A stretch of 64,000 nt of DNA from a bacterium (GCA_963605025.1 CAVCSZ010000004.1:5847-69846), one strand, 5' to 3'. Positions 19,108-28,769 are shown, counted from the stretch's first letter. Notes: generated by a model from the sequence alone, not told the origin. Translations and numbers: made by a program.

Positions 19108-19702
19108 CCTTTTTATCTATAATTATTTCTTTTTTAATCTCTTTTACTTTATTTAAGAATATTGATTCATAATCAATATTAATATTTAAAGGTGTTAAAA
19201 AAGTTACTAATATTTTATCATTAAATTCTTTACTCCTTAATGAAAAATTATTCTTTTTTATAAAATTTAAAAGAATATTGAAAGTATCATATTCACATTC
19301 AACATAATGTAATTCTTTTTCTTCTAAAGATACTAGTTTACATTCTTTAAAAGTTGTTTCAAAACTTTCTAAATAAACTCTTAAAAGTCTTCCTGCACCT
19401 AGTAAAACTCCTCCAAAATATCTAACAATAATTACTCCTACATTATCTAAATTATTTTTAATTAAAGCATTTAATAAAGGAATTCCTGCAGTACCTTTAG
19501 GTTCTCCATCATCACATCCTCTTTCTTTATTTCCAATTTTATATGCAAAACATGCATGTTTTGCTTTATTATGTTCTTTTTTTATATTTTCTAAATATGA
19601 ATTAAATTCTTCTAAGCTAAAACATGGAAAAACATAACCTATAAATTCAGATTTAAGAACAGATATAGATGTTTTTTCTAAATTTTTAACTGTGTAATTC
19701 AT
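19100..19702 (-). CDS. YigZ/IMPACT family protein (UPF0029)
   Basis: 200 aa. KSEFIGY...H.CFAY...DDGEP.GTAG.P motif block characteristic of the IMPACT N-terminal domain. Confidence 0.78.
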   Translation of the reverse strand: MNYTVKNLEKTSISVLKSEFIGYVFPCFSLEEFNSYLENIKKEHNKAKHACFAYKIGNKERGCDDGEPKGTAGIPLLNALIKNNLDNVGVIIVRYFGGVLLGAGRLLRVYLESFETTFKECKLVSLEEKELHYVECEYDTFNILLNFIKKNNFSLRSKEFNDKILVTFLTPLNINIDYESIFLNKVKEIKKEIIIDKKDV

Positions 19703-19742
19703 AATTTTAATTTTACTATAAAATATTATATAATATTTTAAT

Positions 19743-20633
19743 ATGAAAGAAAAAATTAAATGTCCAAATTGTAAATTACTTATTGATAATGATTTAAAAA
19801 CTTGTCCTTATTGCGGATATAAAATTGATAAAGAAGAAATAAATAAAAAAGATAATGAAAATTCAATTGAATATGTAAAAATAAAAGATCAAAACGAAAA
19901 TAAAGAAAATAAGACTAAGATTAAAAGTTTTATTAAATTTGAATCTAGATCAATTAATTTAAAACATAAAAATTTAATTTTATTTTTAGTAGGTTTTTTA
20001 TTACTTCAAATTTTAGGTAGTATTTTACAAGTTTATGCTTTAATTAAGAATCAATATTTTTTATATACAGATGGAATAGCATACATTAATTTCAGTATGT
20101 ATTTTATGATTTGTGGAATACTATTTTTAATAATTAATCAAGATGTTTTAAATATTTTTAATAAATTTAATAAATTAAGAACTTATTTAATGGGATTTAG
20201 TTATGGATTTTTATTAATTATTATTTCTACTTTACTAAGTAATCTTATTAATTTAGCTACTAATAATGGATCTTCTAGTAATGATAATCAAAATAATGTT
20301 GAATCTATTGTTAAATTATTTCCCTATTTATCAATTATTGTTTTTGGAATAATAGGTCCTTTAGTAGAAGAAATTACTTATAGATTAGGATTTTTTACAT
20401 TAATTGCTAAAAAATCTAGACTTTTAGCGTATATTTTAACTGGTTTATTATTTGGATTAATACATTTTAATTTTACAAGTAGTAATTTAGTTAATGAGTT
20501 AATAAACCTTCCTCCTTATATTGTTAGTGGATTATTATTATCTTATTATTACGATAAAGAAGGTTTAGAAGTATCTTTTATAGCACATGCTACTAATAAT
20601 TTAGTATCAATTATATTATCAATTTTATTATGA
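19743..20633 (+). CDS. CPBP (CAAX/Abi) family intramembrane metalloprotease with N-terminal zinc ribbon
   Basis: CPNCKLLIDNDLKTCPYCGY zinc ribbon. A polytopic membrane region follows, with CPBP motifs EEITYR, FGLIHF and HATNN. Confidence 0.8.
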   Translation: MKEKIKCPNCKLLIDNDLKTCPYCGYKIDKEEINKKDNENSIEYVKIKDQNENKENKTKIKSFIKFESRSINLKHKNLILFLVGFLLLQILGSILQVYALIKNQYFLYTDGIAYINFSMYFMICGILFLIINQDVLNIFNKFNKLRTYLMGFSYGFLLIIISTLLSNLINLATNNGSSSNDNQNNVESIVKLFPYLSIIVFGIIGPLVEEITYRLGFFTLIAKKSRLLAYILTGLLFGLIHFNFTSSNLVNELINLPPYIVSGLLLSYYYDKEGLEVSFIAHATNNLVSIILSILL

Positions 20634-21469
20634 AAAATAAGATTTTAATTTTAAATAATGAGTTATTAAAATTAATTGCAATTATTTTAATGACTTTATC
20701 TCATCTTGGATTATTTTTAAATAACATTAATTCAAATTTATCTAATGTTTTTTTAATCATAGGTTCTTTAGCGTTTCCTATTTTTTTATTTTTAAATATA
20801 GAAAGTAATAAATTTACTCATTCTAATCTTAAATATATTTTAAGATTATTTATTATGTCTATTTTAATTTATGTAGTAGTTTTAATTATAAGTTTAACTA
20901 CTTCTTTAAATTTATATCAATATGGTAATATCTTTATAGATTTAACTTTATATTCTTTACTTTATTTATTAATAATTAAATATAAATCTAATTTAAAATA
21001 TTTATTTATTCCTTTAATATTTTTATTTTTTATTATTACACATTTAATAAAAATAGATATTATAAATATAGATACATCCATTTATAAAATATTAGGAGGA
21101 TTATTTCCTCAATATAATTTATTTGGATTAATTTTATTTTTAGTAACTTTAATTTCATTTAAAATTTATACTGATAAAGTTAATAAAATTAATGAAGATT
21201 TTATTAATTCTAATGATTATAAATTTTCTATAAATATAATTTATTGCATCATACTTGCATTTTTTTCTTTAATCGCTTATGCTTTCACATATATAGATAA
21301 AAATTATTTAGGAGTAGATTTAGTGTCTTCTACTTATTTAATTCTTGGAAGTATATTTATTATTTTTTATAATCATAAAAAGATTACAAATTCTAAATTA
21401 ATTAAATATTCTTATTATCTATATTATCCATTACATTTAGTAATTCTATATCTAATATTTATGTTATAA
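20630..21469 (+). CDS. polytopic membrane protein, TraX-like
   Basis: 279 aa and almost entirely TM helices. The N-terminal LKLIAIILMTLSHLG resembles the TraX-family LK.iA...M..DH.g signature. ATGA overlap with the upstream CPBP gene. Family call is tentative. Confidence 0.45.
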   Translation: MKNKILILNNELLKLIAIILMTLSHLGLFLNNINSNLSNVFLIIGSLAFPIFLFLNIESNKFTHSNLKYILRLFIMSILIYVVVLIISLTTSLNLYQYGNIFIDLTLYSLLYLLIIKYKSNLKYLFIPLIFLFFIITHLIKIDIINIDTSIYKILGGLFPQYNLFGLILFLVTLISFKIYTDKVNKINEDFINSNDYKFSINIIYCIILAFFSLIAYAFTYIDKNYLGVDLVSSTYLILGSIFIIFYNHKKITNSKLIKYSYYLYYPLHLVILYLIFML

Positions 21470-21480
21470 GGAGGAAATAT

Positions 21481-21789
21481 ATGTTTATACATTTAGAAGA
21501 TAGTGATAAATTTGAAGAATTAATTAAAAACGATAATGTTTTAGTAGATTTTTTTGCTACATGGTGTGGTCCATGTAAAATGTTAACACCTGAACTTGAA
21601 GAATTATGTGAAGAACATAGTGAAATTGATGTTGTTAAAATTGATGTTGATAAATTCCCACTTCTTGCATCTAAATTTAATATTAGAGCAGTACCTACTT
21701 TAATTGTTTATAAAAAAGGTGAAAATAAGAAAACTGTTCAAGGATATATGGATAAAGATGCTTTATTAGAATTAATTAAAAACGCTTAA
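21481..21789 (+). CDS. trxA: thioredoxin
   Basis: 102 aa with the WCGPC active site and a thioredoxin fold pattern (VDFFATWCGPCKMLTP...VPTLIVYK). RBS AGGAGGA upstream. Confidence 0.92.
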   Translation: MFIHLEDSDKFEELIKNDNVLVDFFATWCGPCKMLTPELEELCEEHSEIDVVKIDVDKFPLLASKFNIRAVPTLIVYKKGENKKTVQGYMDKDALLELIKNA

Positions 21790-21850
21790 TAATAAAAACT
21801 CAAAAAATATATTGAATTATTATTTAATTTTTGATATATTATTTGAGCAT

Positions 21851-21924
21851 GCAGGTGTAGTTTAATGGTAGAGCATCAGCCTTCCAAGCTGATTACGCGG
21901 GTTCGATTCCCGTCACCTGCTCCA
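21851..21924 (+). tRNA. tRNA-Gly (anticodon UCC)
   Basis: Acceptor GCAGGTG/CACCTGC pairs perfectly. Anticodon stem TCAGC/GCTGA with loop CT-TCC-AA. T arm GCGGG-TTCGATT-CCCGT. Encoded CCA. 74 nt. Confidence 0.9.
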
Positions 21925-21936
21925 TTCGATTATTTA

Positions 21937-21986
21937 AAAGACTGTTATTAAATAGAATTAATTTCTATTTCTAACAGTCTTTTTTT
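21937..21986 (+). terminator. rho-independent terminator after tRNA-Gly
   Basis: Long hairpin AAAAGACTGTTA...TAACAGTCTTTT with inner pairing AATAGAA/TTCTATT, followed by TTTTTT. Confidence 0.7.
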
Positions 21987-22041
21987 AATAAAATAAATCA
22001 TTTTATTTGTTAATTATTTTATTTAAATATAAAATAATTTT

Positions 22042-22635
22042 ATGAAATATAATTCAATAAAAATGATTAAAAAATCAAGATTTAAAAAATTTATAAAAAC
22101 TTTAGATTCTAATACTTTTAATTCTACAATTAAACATATGAATAAAATAATTGAAGAAAATAAAATTTATGAAGATAAACAAAATTATGAATATTTATGT
22201 AATTTATTTTCTTCATTAGGATTAGTATTTACATTTATAGATCAAGGGTATTCTAAAGAAGAAAGTCAAGAAATTGTATTTAATGCAATGTATGATTATT
22301 TAAAACCTCAAGTAAAGAAAATGCAAAAACTTGCTAAACATAAATTTATGATTACTTTATTAAAAATTGTAATGCCTAAAAAAGTCAAAAGAACATGTGG
22401 ATATGGATGGAAAATTGAATTTATTAAAACTCCTAAAAATATATTTTCTATGACTACTCATAAATGTATTTTTAAAGATATATTTACTAAATATAATATG
22501 CCTGAAATGACTAAAGGATTTTGTAAAGTAGATAATTTATTATATGATAATTTACCTAAAACAAAATTTTATTATACTCAAAGACTTGGAGAAAATGGTA
22601 ATTATTGTGATTATTCATTTAAAAAAGAAGATTAA
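22042..22635 (+). CDS. L-2-amino-thiazoline-4-carboxylic acid hydrolase-like family protein
   Basis: 197 aa. The C-terminal pattern C.FKDIF....MPEMTKGFCKVDNLLYDNLP....YTQRLGENGNYCDYSF resembles my recollection of the ATC-hydrolase family (C..D...., GA.yCDF.F). Confidence 0.5.
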   Translation: MKYNSIKMIKKSRFKKFIKTLDSNTFNSTIKHMNKIIEENKIYEDKQNYEYLCNLFSSLGLVFTFIDQGYSKEESQEIVFNAMYDYLKPQVKKMQKLAKHKFMITLLKIVMPKKVKRTCGYGWKIEFIKTPKNIFSMTTHKCIFKDIFTKYNMPEMTKGFCKVDNLLYDNLPKTKFYYTQRLGENGNYCDYSFKKED

Positions 22636-22636
22636 A

Positions 22637-23287
22637 TTAATTAATCTTCTTTTTCTTTCCTCTATGTATTATAAATAATAAATAACATATTAAATAACTA
22701 ATACCTAAAATAACAATTACCCAAATAATAGACATATAAACACTTTGATCATAAACTTTTAAGAAAGGATAAGGTCCATCTACTACTTTTAATAAATTTA
22801 ATATAATTAAAATAATTGCGTATATAAATGTAGGAATTACACTTATAAAAGTATCTTTAAATTTTAATTTAGGATTTCTTTCAAATATTAAAAAAGAAAT
22901 AATACTTAAAATAGGACATAATAAATGTAAAAATACTTTATTTCCACTTATTAATTGAATGTATGTACTTTCAAATCCTTCTAAAGGAATAAGTACAAAT
23001 ATTACTATTAAAAAAGTTAATGTAACACATCCAGTAGACATATATTTAATTAATAATATATTTTTATTTATTGATTCTTTTTTATTTATTAAAATTAAAA
23101 TATTATTTATAGAAATTAAAATAGAACTTAAAAGTAAAAATATATTACTATCATAAGTATAAAACGCTAAAAGATTAAAAGGATTATTTCCTATTTTATC
23201 TACTAATAAAGTAAAAGATAATATTTCCATAATAATAATTATTAAATTAATTATTAAAGAAAAAATAACATTTAAATTCTTTTTCAT
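22637..23287 (-). CDS. polytopic membrane protein of unknown function
   Basis: 216 aa with about 6 predicted TM helices. Starts 2 nt after the response-regulator stop. No kinase (H-box/ATPase) motifs. Confidence 0.6.
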   Translation of the reverse strand: MKKNLNVIFSLIINLIIIIMEILSFTLLVDKIGNNPFNLLAFYTYDSNIFLLLSSILISINNILILINKKESINKNILLIKYMSTGCVTLTFLIVIFVLIPLEGFESTYIQLISGNKVFLHLLCPILSIISFLIFERNPKLKFKDTFISVIPTFIYAIILIILNLLKVVDGPYPFLKVYDQSVYMSIIWVIVILGISYLICYLLFIIHRGKKKKIN

Positions 23288-23289
23288 AA

Positions 23290-23988
23290 TTATTTTATAG
23301 AATTCATTCTATACCCCATTCCTACTTTAGTTTGAATTAATTTTTTAGAGTTAGAATTATTAGAAGATATTTTCTTTCTTAAACCCGCTACAAAAACTCT
23401 TAATGCATTAGCGTCTTGTCCATTAGTGCCCCAAACATAATTAATTAATTCTTGATAAGAAATAGTTTTATCAATATTAGTAGCTAAATAATATAAAATT
23501 TTATATTCAAAATTAGTTAAATGAATTAATTTATTATCCATATAAACATTTTTACCTACATAATCTATCTTTAATGGTCCATTTATTAAATTATATTCTT
23601 CTTCTACTAAATAATATCTAAATTCTTTTCTAATTCTAGATATTAATTCATAAATAGAATAAGGTTTTGTTAAATAATCATTAGCACCCACATCAATTGC
23701 TAAAATCTTATCTTCTACTAAAGTTCTTTTACTTAAAATAATTATAGACATTTTATTATTAAAACTTCTTATGTATTCAATAACATTCATTCCATCTTTA
23801 TCAGGTAAAGATAATTCTAATATTACTAGATCTACTACATCTCTAATTAAAGCATTCATTCCATCTGTAGCATTTTGAGCCCATAATATTTTTCCAAATC
23901 TTTTAGATAATTCATTTTTTAAAAAATGATAATTATTTTTATCAGGATCAATAATTAATATTGTTTTATTATTAAAATTATTATTCAT
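23290..23988 (-). CDS. OmpR/PhoB-family response regulator, atypical (Glu at the phospho-acceptor position)
   Basis: The receiver domain aligns with the OmpR family (ILIIDPD..., DLVILELSLPDKDG, IIILSKR, DYLTKP). C-terminal winged helix (LTNFEYKILYYLATN...VGMGYR). Residue 58 is Glu (codon GAA at 23815-23817) where the family has the phosphorylated Asp. Confidence 0.85.
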   Translation of the reverse strand: MNNNFNNKTILIIDPDKNNYHFLKNELSKRFGKILWAQNATDGMNALIRDVVDLVILELSLPDKDGMNVIEYIRSFNNKMSIIILSKRTLVEDKILAIDVGANDYLTKPYSIYELISRIRKEFRYYLVEEEYNLINGPLKIDYVGKNVYMDNKLIHLTNFEYKILYYLATNIDKTISYQELINYVWGTNGQDANALRVFVAGLRKKISSNNSNSKKLIQTKVGMGYRMNSIK

Positions 23989-25588
23989 ATTTAAATCCTA
24001 TTGCACGTGGAACTTTAGGAAGTCCAGGCATTACAAGTATTTTACCACTTTTTACTACAATAAATTCTGCTCCATTAGATAAATAAACATCTTCTATATT
24101 AAAAGTATAATCACTAGGAACATTTTTAAGTAATGGATTATCACTTATTGAAGATTGAGTTTTAGCAACACAAATAGGTAATTTATCTCTATTTAATAAT
24201 TCAATTTCTTTAATATGTTCCATTGCTAATGAAGAAAAATTAACATCTTTAGCGTTATAAATTTCTTTTGCTAAGATATTAATTTTATTTATAATTGAAT
24301 CTTTTTCATCATAAATATATTTTAATTCTGATTTTTTAGTATCTAAAATTCCTAAAACTTTATTTGCTAAATCAATACTTCCTTCACTTCCTTTTAAATA
24401 TCCATCCATAAATGAATATGGAATATTATTATTTTCTAAAATATCTTCTAAAGTATTAATTTCATTTATAGTATCACTTTCAAAATGATTAATTGCTACA
24501 ACTACAGGAACTTTAAATTTCTTAAGATTAGAATAATGTTTTAATAAATTTTTACTTCCTTCTTTTAAAGCTTCAATATTTTCTTTTTCTAAATCATTAA
24601 ATAAAACTCCACCATGTTCTTTTAATGCTCTAATTGTACATACTAAAACTGTACAAGAAGGTTTAATATTTCCTTTTCTACATTTAATATCATAAAATTT
24701 TTCAGCACCTAAATCACTTGCAAATCCTGCTTCTTCAATTATGATATCTGCTAATTTTTTAGCAGTTAAACTTCCTAAAACACTAGCACAACCATGTGCA
24801 ATATTTGCAAAAGGTCCTCCATGAATTAAAACAGGATTATTTTCTCCACTTTGTACTAAATTAGGAAGTAAAGCGTATTTTGTTAAAGCTAAAATTGCAT
24901 CAGTTAAATCTAAACTCTTTAAAAATACAGGTTTATTATCAAAAGTATACGCAATTAAAATATTATCAATTCTTCTTTTAAAATCATCAACAGAATTACA
25001 TAAGCAAAATATTGCCATTAATTCACTAGCAGCAGTTATTGTAAAACCTTCTTCTCTTTTAATTCCATTTTTATCACTACCTAATCCAATAGAAATATTT
25101 CTTAATTCACGATCATTACAATCAATTGCTCTTTTCCATAATATTCTAGAAGGATCAATATTTAATTCATTTCCTTGATAAATATGATTATCAATAACAG
25201 CACTTATTAAGTTAATTGCACTAGTTAAAGCATGGAAATCTCCTGTAAAATGTAAATTAATATCATTATGAGGTTCTATAGAAGCTTTTCCTCCTCCACT
25301 TGCGCCTCCTTTAACTCCAAAAGTAGGTCCTAAAGATGGTTCTCTTAAAAGAACTATAGAATTTTTATTTAAAGCTCTTAATCCATCGTTTAAACTTATT
25401 GAAGTTAATGTTTTACCTTCTCCTGCTTTAGTAGGAGTAATCGCAGTAACTAAAATAAACTTAGAATCTCTATCTTTTAATTTAGAAATAGATTCTTCTT
25501 TAATTTTAGCTTTATCATCACCATATAACATTAAATCAGTATCTTTTAAACCAACTTTCTTTGCAATTTCTTTAATATTTAAAATCAT
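23981..25588 (-). CDS. fhs: formate--tetrahydrofolate ligase
   Basis: 535 aa. P-loop TPTKAGEGKTLTSI, then GGASGGG and GGPFANIAHG blocks typical of FTHFS. Confidence 0.92.
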   Translation of the reverse strand: MILNIKEIAKKVGLKDTDLMLYGDDKAKIKEESISKLKDRDSKFILVTAITPTKAGEGKTLTSISLNDGLRALNKNSIVLLREPSLGPTFGVKGGASGGGKASIEPHNDINLHFTGDFHALTSAINLISAVIDNHIYQGNELNIDPSRILWKRAIDCNDRELRNISIGLGSDKNGIKREEGFTITAASELMAIFCLCNSVDDFKRRIDNILIAYTFDNKPVFLKSLDLTDAILALTKYALLPNLVQSGENNPVLIHGGPFANIAHGCASVLGSLTAKKLADIIIEEAGFASDLGAEKFYDIKCRKGNIKPSCTVLVCTIRALKEHGGVLFNDLEKENIEALKEGSKNLLKHYSNLKKFKVPVVVAINHFESDTINEINTLEDILENNNIPYSFMDGYLKGSEGSIDLANKVLGILDTKKSELKYIYDEKDSIINKINILAKEIYNAKDVNFSSLAMEHIKEIELLNRDKLPICVAKTQSSISDNPLLKNVPSDYTFNIEDVYLSNGAEFIVVKSGKILVMPGLPKVPRAIGFKYE

Positions 25589-25647
25589 ATTAATATTATA
25601 TAAAAATTTTTGATAAAATTATATTATTAAGTTTAATGAGGTGATTT

Positions 25648-26235
25648 ATGATTGATATTGTTCTTGCTACTAGTAATGAAGGAAAATTAAAAGAATATGA
25701 AGATATATTAAATAATAAAAATATAAAATTACATTTAATGAAAGATTTAAATATAACTTCAGATCCAGAAGAAAATGGAAATACTTATATAGAAAACGCT
25801 TTAATTAAAGCTAGAGCTATTAAAAATAAAACAAATTTTTATATTTTAGCAGATGATAGTGGGGTAGAATTTGAAGCATTAGGAGATCATTTTCCAGGTG
25901 TTCATACTCATCGTTATGCTTTAGAAAATGGAGGAAATGAAGTATTAAATCCTATTCTTGCTAGTAAAATAGGAGGAAGTAAAGGTACATTTTATTGTGC
26001 AATTGCATTAATAACTCCATCAAAAGAAGAAATAACATTTTTAGGTCAAGTAAATGGTAAAGTTTCTAATTCATTAGAGGGTTCAAATGGATTTGGATAC
26101 GATAATATTTTTATTATTGATGGAAATGAACACACTAATGCTTATTATAGTGAAAAAATTAAAAATCAAATGTCACATCGTGCTAAAGCATGTAATCAAT
26201 TAATTAAATATTTAAAGAATAATAATTTAATATAA
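25648..26235 (+). CDS. rdgB: XTP/dITP diphosphatase (RdgB/HAM1 family)
   Basis: 195 aa. ATSNEGKLKEY start, ADDSG, FGYDNIF and SHRAKA motifs. Confidence 0.88.
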   Translation: MIDIVLATSNEGKLKEYEDILNNKNIKLHLMKDLNITSDPEENGNTYIENALIKARAIKNKTNFYILADDSGVEFEALGDHFPGVHTHRYALENGGNEVLNPILASKIGGSKGTFYCAIALITPSKEEITFLGQVNGKVSNSLEGSNGFGYDNIFIIDGNEHTNAYYSEKIKNQMSHRAKACNQLIKYLKNNNLI

Positions 26236-26236
26236 T

Positions 26237-26270
26237 AAAATAAGATAGAGAATTTCTCTATCTTATTTTT
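26237..26270. terminator. bidirectional rho-independent terminator
   Basis: TAAGATAGAGA-ATT-TCTCTATCTTA perfect 11-bp stem flanked by AAAA and TTTTT, between convergent genes. Confidence 0.75.
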
Positions 26271-26272
26271 AA

Positions 26273-27229
26273 TTATTCTTTATTATTTTCTTTTCTAATT
26301 TTAATAAATATAAATGCATCTATGATTATAGTTAATATCATTGGAACAAAAGAAATATAAATAATTGTACTTAATTTTAAAGAAATACCTAAAATTAATA
26401 AAACAAGTGCAATTCCAAGTAAAGATCCACTTCCAATATATAATAATTTCATTAATTTTTTAATTTTTTCATTAGGAACAATAATTCTTAAATCTTTAAC
26501 TTCAATATCTTCATAATCTTTTATATTAGAATTTAAAATTTTTAAATTATCATCTTCTTTTATACAATCTCCAAGATGATTAATATTATAAGTTCTTAAT
26601 AATCTAGAATTAATTTCATTTTCAGTCTTTTTAAAATATTCATCAATATTAACATCATTAATTTCTTTAAAATGATCATAGTCATCTTTTTTTAATAAAT
26701 TAAAAATATTTTTAAAATAATCTAAAGATGATTTAATTTCTTTTAAACCTTCATAATAATAATTAAAATATGTTTCATTTATAAAACTATCTTCAATCAT
26801 TAATCTTTTAGATTCTTTTATAAAAACATAAGCTTGACCTAAATAAGTTTCTAAAAATCCTAAAAAAGTATAAGTATTCTCTGAATTTAAAATAATATCA
26901 TTAGAATCTAAAAATTTAATTAATTCATTAAATTTTAATTTATCAAATCTTTGAGAATAAAGTAAATTTAAACCATATTTTACAATGGATTCTAAATCAT
27001 TAGGTTCTAAATTTAATGCTTCTTTATAATATTCTTGAGCTTCATTAAATTTAAATTTTAAATACGCTTTATGACCTCTATTTTTTAATAATTTTAAAGT
27101 AGTATCATAAGCTTTCTTTCCTTCAATAGTAGGAAATTTCATTTTACATGATGGACAAGTAATACTTGGTTCAACATTTTCTTCATCAATTTCTATAATT
27201 TCATTACAATCTGGACATATAATTTTCAT
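26273..27229 (-). CDS. zinc-ribbon / TPR-like protein with C-terminal membrane anchor
   Basis: CPDC...CPSC zinc ribbon at the N-terminus. TPR-like helical segment (AYLKFKFNEAQEYYKEALNLEPND). Two C-terminal TM helices. Confidence 0.6.
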   Translation of the reverse strand: MKIICPDCNEIIEIDEENVEPSITCPSCKMKFPTIEGKKAYDTTLKLLKNRGHKAYLKFKFNEAQEYYKEALNLEPNDLESIVKYGLNLLYSQRFDKLKFNELIKFLDSNDIILNSENTYTFLGFLETYLGQAYVFIKESKRLMIEDSFINETYFNYYYEGLKEIKSSLDYFKNIFNLLKKDDYDHFKEINDVNIDEYFKKTENEINSRLLRTYNINHLGDCIKEDDNLKILNSNIKDYEDIEVKDLRIIVPNEKIKKLMKLLYIGSGSLLGIALVLLILGISLKLSTIIYISFVPMILTIIIDAFIFIKIRKENNKE

Positions 27230-27314
27230 ATAAATTATTATAATATAAATATCTTGAAAATTATAAATATTTATTATTTAAAAATAAATTTTTATTAAAT
27301 TAATAATACTCTAT

Positions 27315-27350
27315 AAAAAAATTCCATTTATTAAATAAATGGAATTAATT
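27315..27350 (-). terminator. rho-independent terminator after the M18 aminopeptidase gene
   Basis: ATTCCATTTATT/AATAAATGGAAT inverted repeat followed by a T-run on the minus strand (plus-strand AAAAAA at 27315-27320). Confidence 0.65.
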
Positions 27351-27355
27351 TATTT

Positions 27356-28717
27356 TTAAGCATTTAATAAGAATACTTTATAAGCTTCATATGCTTCAAA
27401 AACATCTATTTTTGAAACAATTTCCATTGGAGAGTGCATATTTAATACAGGTACTCCAGCATCAATTACGTTAATATTTAAGTTTGCTAAAATATACGCA
27501 ATTGTACCTCCTCCACCTTGATCAACTCTTCCAAGTTCTGCAGTTTGATAATAAATATTATTAGAATCCATAATATTTCTTAAATGTGCAACAAATTCAG
27601 CGTTAGCGTCATTACATCCACTCTTTCCTCTTGAACCAGTATATTTATTAAAAACAATACCTTTTCCTAAGAAACAACTATTTTTCATTTCATTAACGCT
27701 TAAGAATAATGGGTCAACACCTGCTGAAACATCGCTTGATAACATATTAGATGAAGTTAATGTTTTTCTTAATTTTAAATATGAACATCCTTCAGTTTTT
27801 TCTAAAAGTTCTGCAATTGTATCTTCAAAGAATTTACTTTGAGCACCAGTAGCACCAATACTTCCTACTTCTTCTTTATCTACTAAAATACAACAAGATG
27901 TTTTTTTAACTTCGTTCATTTCTAAAATAGCTTTAAATGAAGTAAATGCACAAACTCTATCATCATGTCCATAACCTGCAACCATTGATCTATCTAAACC
28001 ATATTCTTTAGCAGGCCAAGCAGGAACTACTTCAATTTCACTAGATAAGAAATCTTCTTCTTCAATTCCATATTTTTCTTTTAAAATCTTTAAAACATTC
28101 TTTTTAACTGCATCTTTTTCTTCTCCATCTAAAGGATAAGATCCTACAGTAACATCTAAAGATTCTCCACTAATTACTTCTCCTGCTTTCTTTTGCATTT
28201 GATCAGCACTTAAGTGAATTAATAAATCACTAATACCAATTACTGGATCATTTTCATTTAAACCAATATTAACATCAATTGTAGTACCATCTTTTTTACA
28301 AACAACACCTACTAATGCTAAAGGAATTGTAACCCATTGATATTTTTTAATACCACCATAATAATGAGTATCTAATAAAGCAAAGTTAGTAGATTCATAT
28401 AAAGGATTTTGTTTTAAATCCATTCTAGGTGAATCAATATGTGCTCCTAAAATATTTAATCCATTAGTAAGACTATCTTCACCAATTACAAATAAAGCAA
28501 TATTTTTATTTCTATTTAAACAATAAACTTTATCGCCTTTAACTAATTTATCTTTCTTTGATAATTCTACAAAGCCTGCTTTTTCAGCTTTTTCAATAGC
28601 GTATTTAACTACTAATCTTTCATTTTTACATGAAGATAAAAATTCAATATATTCTTTATTAAAAGAATCTAAAGCAGTTTTATCTTTATATTTTTCATAA
28701 GCATATTTACTGTACAT
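27356..28717 (-). CDS. M18-family aminopeptidase (aminopeptidase 1-like)
   Basis: 453 aa. GAHIDSP metal-binding histidine block, HDDR, VDKEEVGS and NMHSP motifs characteristic of M18/M42-type aminopeptidases. Confidence 0.82.
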   Translation of the reverse strand: MYSKYAYEKYKDKTALDSFNKEYIEFLSSCKNERLVVKYAIEKAEKAGFVELSKKDKLVKGDKVYCLNRNKNIALFVIGEDSLTNGLNILGAHIDSPRMDLKQNPLYESTNFALLDTHYYGGIKKYQWVTIPLALVGVVCKKDGTTIDVNIGLNENDPVIGISDLLIHLSADQMQKKAGEVISGESLDVTVGSYPLDGEEKDAVKKNVLKILKEKYGIEEEDFLSSEIEVVPAWPAKEYGLDRSMVAGYGHDDRVCAFTSFKAILEMNEVKKTSCCILVDKEEVGSIGATGAQSKFFEDTIAELLEKTEGCSYLKLRKTLTSSNMLSSDVSAGVDPLFLSVNEMKNSCFLGKGIVFNKYTGSRGKSGCNDANAEFVAHLRNIMDSNNIYYQTAELGRVDQGGGGTIAYILANLNINVIDAGVPVLNMHSPMEIVSKIDVFEAYEAYKVFLLNA

Positions 28718-28769
28718 AATTTCTCCTTTAAATAATTTTCAATATAAATTATAAATCATTTATAATTTT

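Noticed and set aside
22959-23156. 65-aa plus-strand ORF
   Set aside because: Antisense shadow ORF inside the membrane-protein gene 22637..23287.
21851-23287. Island integrated at tRNA-Gly
   Set aside because: No integrase or att-like repeat of the tRNA 3' end. The downstream genes (an ATC-hydrolase-like protein and a membrane protein) show no mobility hallmarks.
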